DNA of 64,000 bases, from contig CAVVJX010000009.1 of the NCBI GenBank assembly GCA_963748675.1, forward strand, positions 456,713 through 520,712. Direction: 5' to 3'. Of the stretch, positions 1 to 11,300 are shown piece by piece. How positions within the stretch are numbered: position 1 is the stretch's first letter; the number at the start of each line of letters is the position of its first letter. A program made the position numbers and the translations under genes. Origin of the DNA: an uncultured Chloroflexia bacterium. Lineage in GTDB: Bacteria; Chloroflexota; Limnocylindria; Limnocylindrales; CSP1-4. A model generated the notes under the pieces. It did no database searches. It had not been told where the DNA came from and saw only the letters and a program-made list of their open reading frames with translations.

Positions 1-981
1 GCGCCCTCGCCACGGCCGCGGATCTTCTCCGGGATCCAGCCCTCAGGAGCGCCCCACCTTGGCAACGACCTGGGCGCGATCCGCAACTACGTGAAGCTCC
101 AGTGGGAGTACGAGGCGATCTATTGCATCGTCGACTACCACGCGCTGACGAGCCTCCACGACCCCGACGCCCTCCGGACCAGGACACGCGAGATGGCGGC
201 GTCCCTGATCGCGCTCGGCCTGGACCCGGAGCGCTGCACGCTGTTCGTCCAGAGCCACCGGCCCGAGGCCACGGAGCTCGGCTGGCTGCTGATGACCGTC
301 ACGCCGGTCAGCTGGCTGGAGCGCACCCCGACGTACAAGGAGAAGAAGCAGCAACAGCCGGACGACGTCAATCACGGCCTGCTCAGCTATCCGGTGCTGC
401 AGGCGGCCGACATCGTCCTCTACAAGGCGTCGCTGGTGCCCGTCGGGAAGGACCAGGCGGCGCACCTGGAGCTCTCGCGGGAGATCGTGCGCCGGTTCAA
501 CACGCTCTATGGCGACACGTTCCCCGAGCCGCAGGCGGTCTTCACGGAGTCGCCGATCGTGCTGGGGACGGACGGTGTCCGGAAGATGTCCAAGTCGCTC
601 GCCAACACGATCGACATCCTCGCGCCGCCCGAGGTCGTGACCAGGCAGGTCATGAGCATGGTCACCGACACCAAGCGCATCCTGCGGACCGACCCGGGAC
701 GCCCCGAGGTCTGCAACGTGTGCCAGCTCCACCGGTTCTTCGGGGACGATTTCGAAGAGATCTGGGACGGCGAGCGGACGGCACGGACCGGCTGCGTCGA
801 CACGAAACGGCTCCTCGCGGAACGGATCATCCGGCACTACGCGGAGGCCCGCGAGCGCTACGCCGAGCTGATGGCCGATCCGGCCCGCATCGGACGGATG
901 CTGGACGACGGCGCTGAGCGGGCCCGCCCGATCGCCGAGGCGACGATGGCCGAGGTCCGCGAGAAGATGGGGCTCCGCTAG
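1..981 (+). CDS. trpS: tryptophan--tRNA ligase (5' end at or just beyond the window edge)
   Basis: Frame 1 is open from nt 1. It reads RIFSGIQPSGAPHLGN (class I HIGH-type motif), later VRKMSKSL (KMSKS motif). Overall TrpRS-like sequence; stop TAG at 979-981. Confidence 0.9.
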   Translation, partial: APSPRPRIFSGIQPSGAPHLGNDLGAIRNYVKLQWEYEAIYCIVDYHALTSLHDPDALRTRTREMAASLIALGLDPERCTLFVQSHRPEATELGWLLMTVTPVSWLERTPTYKEKKQQQPDDVNHGLLSYPVLQAADIVLYKASLVPVGKDQAAHLELSREIVRRFNTLYGDTFPEPQAVFTESPIVLGTDGVRKMSKSLANTIDILAPPEVVTRQVMSMVTDTKRILRTDPGRPEVCNVCQLHRFFGDDFEEIWDGERTARTGCVDTKRLLAERIIRHYAEARERYAELMADPARIGRMLDDGAERARPIAEATMAEVREKMGLR

Positions 982-991
982 CCGGCCCGCC

Positions 992-2182
992 ATGATCGAC
1001 GCCCTGGGAGCCGCTACGCGCGAACGCCGACTCATCGGCGCCATCCTCGTCCTCGCGACGGTCGTCCTGTTCTTCACCGCCGTCAGCCTGGCGGCCGCCG
1101 CCATCGGCTACTTCGGCGACACCCTGCTCACGTTCTTCCTGGCGTGGCTGCTCGCCTTCATCATCAGCCCGATCGTCACGCGGATCGTCGCCGTGATCCC
1201 GCGCCTGCCGCGTGTCCTGGCCACGGTCCTCGTCTACAGCGCGATCGTCGCGATCCTGGTGTTCATCGTGCTCGTCGTCGCGCAGGCGCTGTCGACGTCG
1301 ATCACGCAGCTCATCGCCTCGCTCCCGCAGATCCGTGGCGACATCGGCACGATCCTGGCCCCGCTGCAGGGCTGGCTGACGGGTATCGGTCTCGGGCAGG
1401 TGGACCTCGCCGCCCAGGCGCTGGCGATCCTCGACAACCTCGACGTCGTCGCGGCCCAGCTGATCGTCCCGCTCCAATCGATCGCGGTCGCCAGCGTCGG
1501 CGCGATCGGCACGATGCTCATCGTGTTCATCCTGTCGATCTACATGGTCATCGATCGCGACGCGATCATGGCCTTCATCTTCCGCCTCGTGCCCCCGAGC
1601 TATGCGGAAGAGGCGCGCCTGTTGCAGACGTCGGTGGCGCGCTCGTTCGGTGGGTTCCTGCGCGGCCAGGCGCTGATGGGCATCGTCTATTTCCTCATCG
1701 CGCTGGCGACGAGCCTGCTCCTGGGGCTGCCGCTCGAGGCGTTGACGTCGACCGCCTCGGGCGTCCTGATGGCGATCCCGTTCTTCGGGCCGTTCCTGGC
1801 CTGGGCGCCGCCCGTCATCTCGGCCCTGATCTTCAAGCCCGAGGCCCTGGTGCCGACGATCGTGATCATGAGCATCGGCTGGGTGATCGTGATGAACGTG
1901 CTCCAGCCTCGGATCATGCAGGGCGCGGTCGGGATCCATCCGATCGTGGTGCTGGGATCGGTCCTGATCGGGTCGAAGATCGCGGGCATCCCCGGAGCCA
2001 TCTTCGGGATCCCGATCGCGGCCGTGGCCTCCGCGTTCTTCTTCCACTTCCTGCATCGCACTTCGGGCGACCGCTCGGTCACCGGTCGTGCGGCCAAACG
2101 CCTCAGCGAGCGTGAGGGCCGACCGGTGCGAGTCCCGCGGGAACCGGTGCCCGGGCAAGCCACGGACGTCGTCGACCCGTGA
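992..2182 (+). CDS. AI-2E family transporter (PerM/UPF0118-type membrane protein)
   Basis: 396-aa ORF starting 11 nt after the trpS stop. Multiple hydrophobic spans and a PerM-like C-terminal half (GIPGAIFGIPIAAV). High third-position GC in this frame. Confidence 0.75.
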   Translation: MIDALGAATRERRLIGAILVLATVVLFFTAVSLAAAAIGYFGDTLLTFFLAWLLAFIISPIVTRIVAVIPRLPRVLATVLVYSAIVAILVFIVLVVAQALSTSITQLIASLPQIRGDIGTILAPLQGWLTGIGLGQVDLAAQALAILDNLDVVAAQLIVPLQSIAVASVGAIGTMLIVFILSIYMVIDRDAIMAFIFRLVPPSYAEEARLLQTSVARSFGGFLRGQALMGIVYFLIALATSLLLGLPLEALTSTASGVLMAIPFFGPFLAWAPPVISALIFKPEALVPTIVIMSIGWVIVMNVLQPRIMQGAVGIHPIVVLGSVLIGSKIAGIPGAIFGIPIAAVASAFFFHFLHRTSGDRSVTGRAAKRLSEREGRPVRVPREPVPGQATDVVDP

Positions 2183-3213
2183 GCGACGACAAGGGCCCTC
2201 GCAAGGACGCAGCGCCAGCAAAGGCCGAGCTCCCGGACATGACCCGCGAACGCGCTCGCTCCGAGCGGCGCGACGTCGACCTGGAGCGGGGAGAGCCACT
2301 GGCGGGCGGGACCGCGCGCGGTGGGCCGCGCGCCCTCCGGACGCCGTCGCGCCCGAAGCCGGAATACACCAGCCGGCCGCGCATCCTCGTCACGAACGAC
2401 GACGGGGTCGAGTCGCGCGGCCTGCTCGCCCTCAAGCAGGCGCTCGAACCGATCGGCGACGTGACGGTCGTCGCGCCCGACACGAATCAGAGCGCGGTGG
2501 GCCACCAGAAGACGCTGATGCGACCGTTGCGCGTGCGCGAACGGATCCTGGCCGACGGCTCCCCGGCGTATTCCGTTGATGGCTCCCCGACCGACGCGGT
2601 CAGCCTCGCCTTCCTCGGCTATTTCGATCACGGCTTCGACCTCGTCGCCGCGGGCATCAACTACGGGGCGAACCTCGGGGACGACATCACGTACTCGGGC
2701 ACGGTCAGCGCCGCGATGGAAGCCGTCATCAACAACTGTCCGGCGTTCGCGATCTCGCAGGAGTACTACGAGCACCCGGATTTCGCGCTCGCGGGTTATG
2801 CGGCAGCCGTCGTGGCGCGCAACATCCTCACGGAGGGGCTCTCGCGGGGCGAGCTCATCAACGTCAACGTCCCGGCGGCGACTCTCGAGGAGTCCGGCGG
2901 CTTCGAGGTCACCCGTCTCGGCCGGCGGGTCTACTCCGACCAGCTCGTCGAGCGACGCGACCCGCGCGGCATCCCCTACTTCTGGATCGGTGGACCACCG
3001 CCGTCAGGCCTGGCGGTGCCGGGCACCGATTACCACGCGGTCATCAACCGGCGGATCGCGATCACGCCGATCCACCTGGACCTCACCGGCCGGCGGTTGC
3101 TGCGGCGCCTCAAGGACTGGCCGTGGGTCCTGCCCGAGGGCGAGGCGCTCCCGGAAGTGCCTGCGGCGGACGCCCCGACCGGCCCCATCGACCCGTTGCC
3201 GGACGAGGGCTGA
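2179..3213 (+). CDS. surE: 5'/3'-nucleotidase SurE with a basic N-terminal extension
   Basis: ILVTNDDGVESRGLLAL...VVAPDTNQSAVGH is the SurE core. The GTG start overlaps the upstream stop (GTGA). The first ~65 aa are an extension, so ATG 2239 is an alternative start. Confidence 0.85.
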   Translation: MSDDKGPRKDAAPAKAELPDMTRERARSERRDVDLERGEPLAGGTARGGPRALRTPSRPKPEYTSRPRILVTNDDGVESRGLLALKQALEPIGDVTVVAPDTNQSAVGHQKTLMRPLRVRERILADGSPAYSVDGSPTDAVSLAFLGYFDHGFDLVAAGINYGANLGDDITYSGTVSAAMEAVINNCPAFAISQEYYEHPDFALAGYAAAVVARNILTEGLSRGELINVNVPAATLEESGGFEVTRLGRRVYSDQLVERRDPRGIPYFWIGGPPPSGLAVPGTDYHAVINRRIAITPIHLDLTGRRLLRRLKDWPWVLPEGEALPEVPAADAPTGPIDPLPDEG

Positions 3214-3309
3214 CGCCGCCTCCGCGCACGACGCCAGGGACCTGACGGCGTACCATCGACGCCCCCCAGACCCTTGTTCCCGACCGCAGGTCGGACGGAG
3301 GAAACACCA

Positions 3310-3834
3310 ATGGACGACCTTTCGAAGCTGTCGACGAGCCTGGGCGGCGCCGGCGGGGCCCCGGCCGATCCGGCCGCATTGACCGGCCTGACCGGGGCGA
3401 TCGAGCAGACCGGGGGTCTCGACGGCCTGGTCGGCAAGCTCCGCGAAGGCGGGCTCTCGAGCGAGGTCGACTCGTGGGTCTCGACCGGCCCGAACCAGCA
3501 GGTCGACCCGCAACGGCTCGGCCAGGCGCTCGGGCCGGACACCGTGCAGCAGCTGTCGGCTGGGTCCGGCATCGACATCGGCGCCCTCCTGCCGCTGCTG
3601 GCCATGTTCCTGCCGCAGATCATCGACATGCTGACGCCGAACGGGTCGGCGCCATCGGGCGGTCTCGATGGAGCCGCCGGTCAAGGCGGGATGCCCGACC
3701 TCGGTGGCCTGCTGGGCGGGCTGCTCGGTGGGGCGGCCGGTGCAGGTTCGACCGGCAGCACGGGGACTGGGGCAGGCGGCGCTGATCTCGACGATCTCCT
3801 CAAGGGCCTCGGGGGCGACCGAAACCCGGGCTGA
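3310..3834 (+). CDS. YidB/DUF937-like protein with a Gly-rich tail
   Basis: GGLDGLVGKLREGGLSSEVDSWVSTGPNQQV...LLPLLAMFLPQIIDMLTPNG resembles YidB. ATG 3310 is preceded by GGAGGA 8 nt upstream. The ORF track starts earlier, at TTG 3274. Confidence 0.55.
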   Translation: MDDLSKLSTSLGGAGGAPADPAALTGLTGAIEQTGGLDGLVGKLREGGLSSEVDSWVSTGPNQQVDPQRLGQALGPDTVQQLSAGSGIDIGALLPLLAMFLPQIIDMLTPNGSAPSGGLDGAAGQGGMPDLGGLLGGLLGGAAGAGSTGSTGTGAGGADLDDLLKGLGGDRNPG

Positions 3835-3864
3835 TCCAGGCCTGCGGCGTCGGCGAGGGATCCC

Positions 3865-4571
<707 letters not shown>

Positions 4572-4575
<4 letters not shown>

Positions 4576-5579
4576 CGCGCGTCTCCGCGATCCGCGGGGC
4601 GGTCGGCCGGCGGCCGCGGCTCGGCCGTGGCGCCACCGCCGCTCCGATCCGGCCACACGCGGATGTGGTCCTCCTCGAGATCCAGGCGCACGCGCTTCTC
4701 GAGCCCGAGCGCCTCGACATGGGCGCGTGGCAGCTGCAATCGACCCACGCGGTCGAGGACCGCGAATTCCGTTTCGATGTGGTGATCCTCGGCGGTCTCA
4801 GTCGACCGGTGGCGCAGGACCTCGCTGCTGACCCGGCCGTCGCGGATCGAGACGGTCCGGCTCACCTGGCTGCTGACGAGCGGATCGTGCGTGGCCACGA
4901 CGATCGTCACGCCCAGCTCGCGGTTGAGCCGGCGGAGCAGCTCGAAGATCTCGGCGGCGCTCGTCGAGTCGAGCTCGCCTGTGGGTTCGTCCGCGAGGAT
5001 GACCTCGGGCTCGTTGGCCAGGGCCACGGCGATCGCCACGCGCTGCTGCTCCCCACCGGAGAGGTGCTGTGGCCGGTGATCCGCCCGCTCCCCGAGTCCG
5101 ACCTGGCGAAGCAGCTCGCGAGCCCTCGTCATGCGGATGTCGGCCGGGACCCCATCGAACGCCATCGGCAGCGCGACGTTCTCGAGCGCGCTCAGGTACG
5201 GCAGCAGGTTGCGGCCGGTCTGCTGCCACACGAAGCCGATCACCTGGCGGAGGTAGCGCGTCTGCTCCCGTGGGCCGAGCTCCGCCAGCTGGTGGCCCGC
5301 GACGATGGCGCGTCCCGCCGACGGCACGTCGAGCCCACCGAGCACGTTGAGGAGCGTGCTCTTGCCGGACCCGGACGCGCCGACCAGGGCGATGAACTCG
5401 CCGGAGTCCACCAGCAGGTCGAGGCCCTGCAGCGCGACGACCTCCAGGTCCGCGACCTTGTAGATCTTGACCAGGTTGTCGCACACGATCAGCGCACGCT
5501 CGCCGTATCGCGCACGGGGCTGACGTGCCTGGCGCTCCGCGCTGGGCAGGTCGACGATCTCGGCCATCGAGTCGGTCAT
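4572..5579 (-). CDS. ABC transporter ATP-binding protein (MacB type) with a ~100-aa C-terminal extension containing an AbrB/SpoVT-like segment
   Basis: Walker A GASGSGKST, signature LSGGEQQRVAIAVAL, Walker B ILADEPTG. The tail reads EFAVLDRVGRLQLPRAHVEALGLEKRVRLDLEEDHIRVWP. Confidence 0.85.
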
Positions 5580-5603
5580 GGTGCCTCCATCGTCATCTGG
5601 ATC

Positions 5604-8378
5604 TCATTCGCCGATCCGGAGGGCCTGGCCCGGGTCGAGGCGCCGGGCCAGCCACGCGTTGAGCACGACCAGGATCCCGACGACGATCAGCATCGACACG
5701 CCGAGGGCCACCACCGCCATCCACTCGACCTGCAGCTGCACGGGCGTGCCCGGATCGATGAACGCGGCCAGACCCAGCCCGGGTTCGAGCAACCACGCCA
5801 GACCGAGCCCGAGCGCGATGCCGATCCCCAGGGCGAGCAGCGCCGGCGGCGTGTGTTCCACGAATGCGAGGGCGATCGCCTGGCCCTCGCTCAGGCCGAG
5901 CGTGCGCAGATAAGCGAGCTCGCGGGCCCGCCGCCGGGTCTCGAGGGCGACGACGGCGACGATGGCCAGGACCGCGTAGACCGCCGCGGCTACGAGCGCG
6001 ACGATGAACCCCTGGCCCACCGCGGCCACGAGCGGGGCCGAGCGTTCAGCGGCGAGCTGTTCGTGCCGCGAGGCGACCACACCGACCGACGGGGCGGCGC
6101 TCATCGCCGCGCGCAGGCTCGGGCCGATGCCGGCCGGACCGCGCACGAACAGCACCGTCGGCCGCGGCTCGGGTGCCCCGAGAGCGGCGACGACTGGGGC
6201 GAGCGGGGCGATGACGAAGGCCGCTCCGCGCGGGACGCCGGGGAAGTCGTCGATGAAGCCCACGACCGACAGGGTCAGCGGCTGCTCCTCGATCGAGCGC
6301 CGGAAGACCTCCCCGATTGCCAGCGGCGGCCAGCCGTTCGGGAGGCGCCTGGAGACCAGGACCGGGATCGGCCGGTCGCCCGAGCCGCTCCCCGGCGCGC
6401 TCTGGGCGTCGTGGAGAGCGGCGGGGAACGTCACGGCGACGGGCGACCCGGCCAGGACCGCCTCGTGGGCACCCGGGTCGAGCGCGATCAACGACAGATT
6501 CCCCGACCGGCCGATCTCGCCGGCGACCGGGGTGGTCGTCTCGGTGAACGCGGTGGCCACGGCTTCGACGCCCGGGACCGTGGCAGGGTCGACGCCGGGT
6601 CCAAGGGTCCCGTCGGCGTGCGCGTCGATGCGGTAGTCCGCCCCGACCTCCTGCCAAGAGGCCGCGACCTGGCCATCGTCGATCGTCGCGGCCAGCACCG
6701 ACGCGAACACGCCCATCGCGACCGTGAGGGTCAGGACGAGCAACGGCAGGTACGCCGCGCTCGGGTTTCGCCCGATCGTCCGTAGCCCGAGCGCCGGCAC
6801 CAGATCGCGGCGGCGCGCCGTCAACCAGGCGAGCGCCCGCACCGGGATCGGGTAGAGCCGGATGGCCACGAGCGCGGTCGCCACGCCGACGAGCACCGGG
6901 GCCGCGGCGAGGAACGGGTCGAAACCGGCCGTGGCCCCGCCGGGTCGCTGGCCGCCGAGACCCCGTTCGCGGAGGAGCCACGCGGCCGCGACGGCGATCC
7001 CGACGATGGTCGCCTCGATGACCAGGCGCCGCGGGGCGAGCCGCCGACTCGGCGCCTCGGGTCGCTCCAGATCGCGTCTCGCCCGGCGGGCGACCGGCCA
7101 CGTCGCGACCAGCAGGAGCGCGGTCACGACCAGCGCCACGAGGATGGCCCCGATCGACGACGCCGCCGCGGGACGAGCGGGCACGGCCGCCTGGGCGAGC
7201 AAGAGGCCTACGAGGGCGGCCGGGACCGAGATCAGCAGGCCTTCCCAGAACTGGGCCGCGAGCAGCTGGCCAGCGGATGCGCCGCGTCCGCGGGCGAGGG
7301 CGAGGGCGGCCCGCCGCCGCCCGACGATGATGATCGCGACCAGGCCGAGTGCTCCGGCGGCGACGGCCAGGGGGCCCATCGCGGCCACCCACAGGGCCGC
7401 TTCCGTGGCCGCACGGCGGGCGGCGAATTGCTCGAGGATGTCGAGCAGGCCCGAGCGGTACAGGATGCGCCCGTTCGCTCCGGATCCAGCCGTCCCGAAG
7501 CTCGATTCGAGCCGGCGCAGGTCGCCCCGGAGCTCTGCCAGCCCGCCCGCGTCCAGCCGGTCGGCGTCGACCTGGAAGCGCCAGCGGTACCGGCTCGGCA
7601 GGCCGAGCGTGTACACGTCGGCGTAGGCATCGGGTGCGAACAAGGCCGTGGCGAACGCGATCGGCGCCTCGGACGTGCCGCCGATTGCCGCCTCCGCGAG
7701 CGTGCTCTCATCGAACCAGTACGGTGCGCGCGGGTCGTCGACCGTGAACAGGCCGACGACTTCGACCTCGATCTCCGGTGGGGTTCGCGGGAAGGCGTTG
7801 CGCAGCATCGGGTCGCCGGGATCGACCACCGCCGGGAGGATGTCACCCAGCTCGACGAGCAGATCCGCGGCCGTCGCGCTCGAGAGCGCCACCTCGAAGC
7901 GGGGCGGCCGTTCGGGGTCGGTCGACTCGGCTGCGCGGGCCGGCGGTCGGCCCGCGACGTACTCGATCTGATCGTCGACCCCATCCTGGTGCCGGAGGGT
8001 GACGAAGGACGGGTAGTTGGGCGGGTCGAGGAGCCGGAAGCGGGGGCTGTCGACGACGTACGAGCGCGCCTCGACGAGCTGCCCGACCGACGCGGGCAGC
8101 CGCTCCATGAGCCGCTCGGCGCGACCTTCGATGTTGGCGAGCGCTTCGTCATCCTCGGCAGGGATCTGATCGACCGTCGTGAACTGGAGGTTGCGCTGGG
8201 CAGACGTCGCGCGGGCCACCTCGTAGCGGATGCCGGCGTCGGCGACGCGAGCGAACAGGCGCGGGCTGGCAGCGACGACGAGGCTCGTCACCGCGACCAG
8301 CACGAACAGCAGGATCGCCACCCCGCGCTCGGCCCGGATCCGACGCAGCAGGACGGCCACGGCACCCACCAGGCGCAT
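5604..8378 (-). CDS. large FtsX-family ABC permease (two FtsX modules, two large extracytoplasmic domains)
   Basis: 924 aa. N-terminal TM, ~300-aa loop, 3-4 TM block, second TM plus ~280-aa loop, then a C-terminal FtsX-like TM triplet ending ...ARRLDPGQALRIGE. Starts 1 nt after the upstream stop. Confidence 0.8.
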   Translation of the reverse strand: MRLVGAVAVLLRRIRAERGVAILLFVLVAVTSLVVAASPRLFARVADAGIRYEVARATSAQRNLQFTTVDQIPAEDDEALANIEGRAERLMERLPASVGQLVEARSYVVDSPRFRLLDPPNYPSFVTLRHQDGVDDQIEYVAGRPPARAAESTDPERPPRFEVALSSATAADLLVELGDILPAVVDPGDPMLRNAFPRTPPEIEVEVVGLFTVDDPRAPYWFDESTLAEAAIGGTSEAPIAFATALFAPDAYADVYTLGLPSRYRWRFQVDADRLDAGGLAELRGDLRRLESSFGTAGSGANGRILYRSGLLDILEQFAARRAATEAALWVAAMGPLAVAAGALGLVAIIIVGRRRAALALARGRGASAGQLLAAQFWEGLLISVPAALVGLLLAQAAVPARPAAASSIGAILVALVVTALLLVATWPVARRARRDLERPEAPSRRLAPRRLVIEATIVGIAVAAAWLLRERGLGGQRPGGATAGFDPFLAAAPVLVGVATALVAIRLYPIPVRALAWLTARRRDLVPALGLRTIGRNPSAAYLPLLVLTLTVAMGVFASVLAATIDDGQVAASWQEVGADYRIDAHADGTLGPGVDPATVPGVEAVATAFTETTTPVAGEIGRSGNLSLIALDPGAHEAVLAGSPVAVTFPAALHDAQSAPGSGSGDRPIPVLVSRRLPNGWPPLAIGEVFRRSIEEQPLTLSVVGFIDDFPGVPRGAAFVIAPLAPVVAALGAPEPRPTVLFVRGPAGIGPSLRAAMSAAPSVGVVASRHEQLAAERSAPLVAAVGQGFIVALVAAAVYAVLAIVAVVALETRRRARELAYLRTLGLSEGQAIALAFVEHTPPALLALGIGIALGLGLAWLLEPGLGLAAFIDPGTPVQLQVEWMAVVALGVSMLIVVGILVVLNAWLARRLDPGQALRIGE

Positions 8379-8379
8379 G

Positions 8380-11300
8380 TCAGTCGTCGCCCATGCGCAG
8401 CGCCGAGGCCATGCCGGTCCGGCGCAGAAGCCAGGCGAGGACGATCACCGCGCCCGACAGCGCCACGATGCCGATCACCTCGAGCACCGCGATCGTCGCC
8501 CAGGGCACGGTCACCTCGACGGGCGGGAACGGCGTGACCGCCCCTTGCGTGACCGTGACGAATGGCAGCGCGACCCACGCGACCAGCAGGCCCAGGGCGG
8601 TGCCGGCCACGAGGCTGATGGCGGCCAGCGTCGCGTTTTCGAGCGACAGCCAGCCGGAGAGCTGATTCGACGACAGGCCGAGCGCCCGGAGCAGCGCGAA
8701 CTCGGTCACGCGCTCGCGGGCGGAGACCGCCGCGCTGGTCACGAAACCGACGACTGCGAACAGGCCGGCTGCCACGACCCCGATGCTCAGGACGCCGATG
8801 ATGCCGAGGGCGACCGGGTCGGTCGCCAGCGCCCGGCTGCGCTCGACGAGACTCACGACCGAGCGGCTGCCGAGCGACGGGTCACGGAGACGGTCGATGG
8901 TCGCCTCGTGCTCCGACGGGTCGACGGCGAACCACCATTCCTGGGCAGGCGCGGCGGCGGAGCTGCCCTCGAAACGCAGCAGCGCGAGCGTCTGGAAGTC
9001 CATGAGCAAGACCGGCCGGGACGGGTCGACGGTGGGAAACGCACGGATCGCACCCGTGATCCGGACCTCGCGATCGATGCCGGCGATGCGCAACCTGAGC
9101 TCTTCGCCGACCTCGCGGGCCGTGGCCTCGAGGAACGCATCCGTGGCGACGACGGGGATCGGCTCGGCGCTGACCGCGGCGAGCTCCGCGGGCGCGAACG
9201 TGACGGCGGTCCCGCGGCCGAATCGATCGACGCCACGAAGGATCTGGAACCCCGGCGTTCCGGTCTCGACCTCCAGCTCCGCCCCGACATTGCGGGCCTC
9301 GACGACGCCCTGCGGTAACCCGTACACCGACGCCGTCGTGCGCCATCCGCGCTCGAGCATGAGGAGCGCCGGTGCCACGGTGCCGTTCGCGACCACCTCG
9401 ACCCCGTGCACGGTCAGCGTCGCCTCGGTCGCCTCGAGTCCTTCGGGCAGGAGGAGCTCGACCTCGACCGCGAGCAGCTCCAGCGGGTAGCTGAACGTGG
9501 ACTCCGCCGGAAAGCTCGCATCGCCGAGCGGCACGTTCAACCGATGCGGACTCCTACCCAGTGTTCCGAGGTCGCCCGCAAACCGGTGCAGATGGCCCTC
9601 GGCGTCACGCAGCACGACCGAGACGACGATCGCGGGCACGTCCGCGTACACGGCCGGGTCGACCGGCACCATCTCGAGCTCGTTCGTGACCTCGTCGATC
9701 TCTGGCTGCTGCAGGGCGTCGATCGCCAGGGCGACGTCGACGACGAGCGCGCTTGGCTCGCCCGGCAACGGCACCGCTTCGAGCGCCGGCCGTTCCGCGG
9801 CCAGGGGTCGCAGCAGTTCGCCGACCGGCGTCGTGGCCAGGTCCCCTCGCAGGACGACCACGGACGCCGCCGTCGTCGCGTCGAGCCCGACGATCTCGCC
9901 GCTGGTATCGCTGGCGGCGATGGGCACGGGCTCGCGATCGATGGGCGTGCGGGCGGTGAGGCCCGGAACCGCGGAGTACGCGCGGCCGAGCGCCCACGCG
10001 GGTAGCCCACCAGCGGCCCGGCGTGGCTCCACGCGCGCGTCGGCGCCGACCTGATAGGTCGCCTGATCGACCTGCGATGCCGACCAGGTCCAGGTGTAGG
10101 TGATGGCGAACACGCCCATCGCCATGGCCAGCATCAACAGCAGCGCGGCGCGGGTGTAACGCGAGGGCCGCCGGGAGAGCTGCCGTGCTCCAAGCGACGA
10201 GACCAGGCCGCGTCCGCGTGCCGTGGCGCGTTCGATCACGGCGGCAAGGATCGGGATGACCCGCAGCGCCAGGATGGCGCCGGCGAGGAAGCCGATCGCC
10301 GGCGTCGCCACGAGGAGCGGGTCGATCCCGAGCGTGCCCTGGACGGAGCGCGTGAGCGGCGCGCCGTAGTGCCGCAGTTGCCAGAGCCCGAGACCGGCGA
10401 CGGCCAGGAGCGCCAGGTCGAGGCCCAATCGCGTCCCGAGTGAGCGTGTCTCCGCTCGCGTTACGCTGCCGTGCACGGACGCGAAAGACCGAACCGTGGG
10501 TAGCGCGGGCAGTAGCAGCGCGATCAGGCACACGACGGCGGCGGCCGCGGCAGCCACGTACGACTCGCCCGTCACGACGGGCTGGATCCGCAGACCGATC
10601 TCGGTGAGGGGTCCTGCGACGTTGAATGCCCCGAGCGCGGCCGCCGCGAGCCACGGCGCGACGATCGTCGCCGGCACCGTCAGCAGCAGCCCCTCGACGA
10701 GGGCGAGCCCACCGATCCGGGCCGGGCCGGCACCACGCGACCGGAGCATGGCCGTATCGATCCGGCGATGCTCGACGAGGAGGGCGGCGCTGAGCAGCAC
10801 GGCGTACGCAGCGAGCACCACGAACTGCACGGTCAGCACCAGGACCCCGGTCCGGCTGGCCAGCAACGAGCGCTCCGCCGTCGAGATGATGTCCGGCAAG
10901 CTTGTCGTCACCGTCACGGGGACGCCTTCCATGGAGGCCTCGAGGCGCTGGTCGAGCTGGCCGACGCGAACCCTGAGGCCGGGGGTCCCCTCGAGGGTCA
11001 GCGATTCGAAGCTCGGCAACGCGCGCCAGGTGAACTGCGCTCCCTCGGCCGCGGCCGCCGCGCGTGCCCCGAACCGCTCGCGCGTCGTGAAGAAGGGCCC
11101 GTAGGTCTCGAAGCGCTCGCTCGTGACCTGGCCATCGAGCACCTGGGGGTCGTCCCACCAGAACGGATCGGCGGGATCGTCGATCCGGAAGATCGCGGCG
11201 ACAACCACGGTCGCGGTGAATCCCGGGTCGATCCTGCTCGGCAGGCGAACCCGGTAGCCGACCGCCAGCCCTTGCGGCACGGCGATGTTCTCGGAGATCG

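Noticed and set aside
827-2299. Long antisense or out-of-frame ORFs rich in Arg/Pro/Gly/Asp. Examples: 827..2299 -, 4365..6785 +, 9605..12283 -, 16876..18693 -, 26434..28173 -, 46464..48026 upstream part, 40116..41966 upstream part.
   Set aside because: At ~70% GC, stop codons are rare in all frames. These ORFs have Arg-rich low-complexity translations and overlap genes with clear family motifs on the other strand or frame. They are treated as non-coding shadows.
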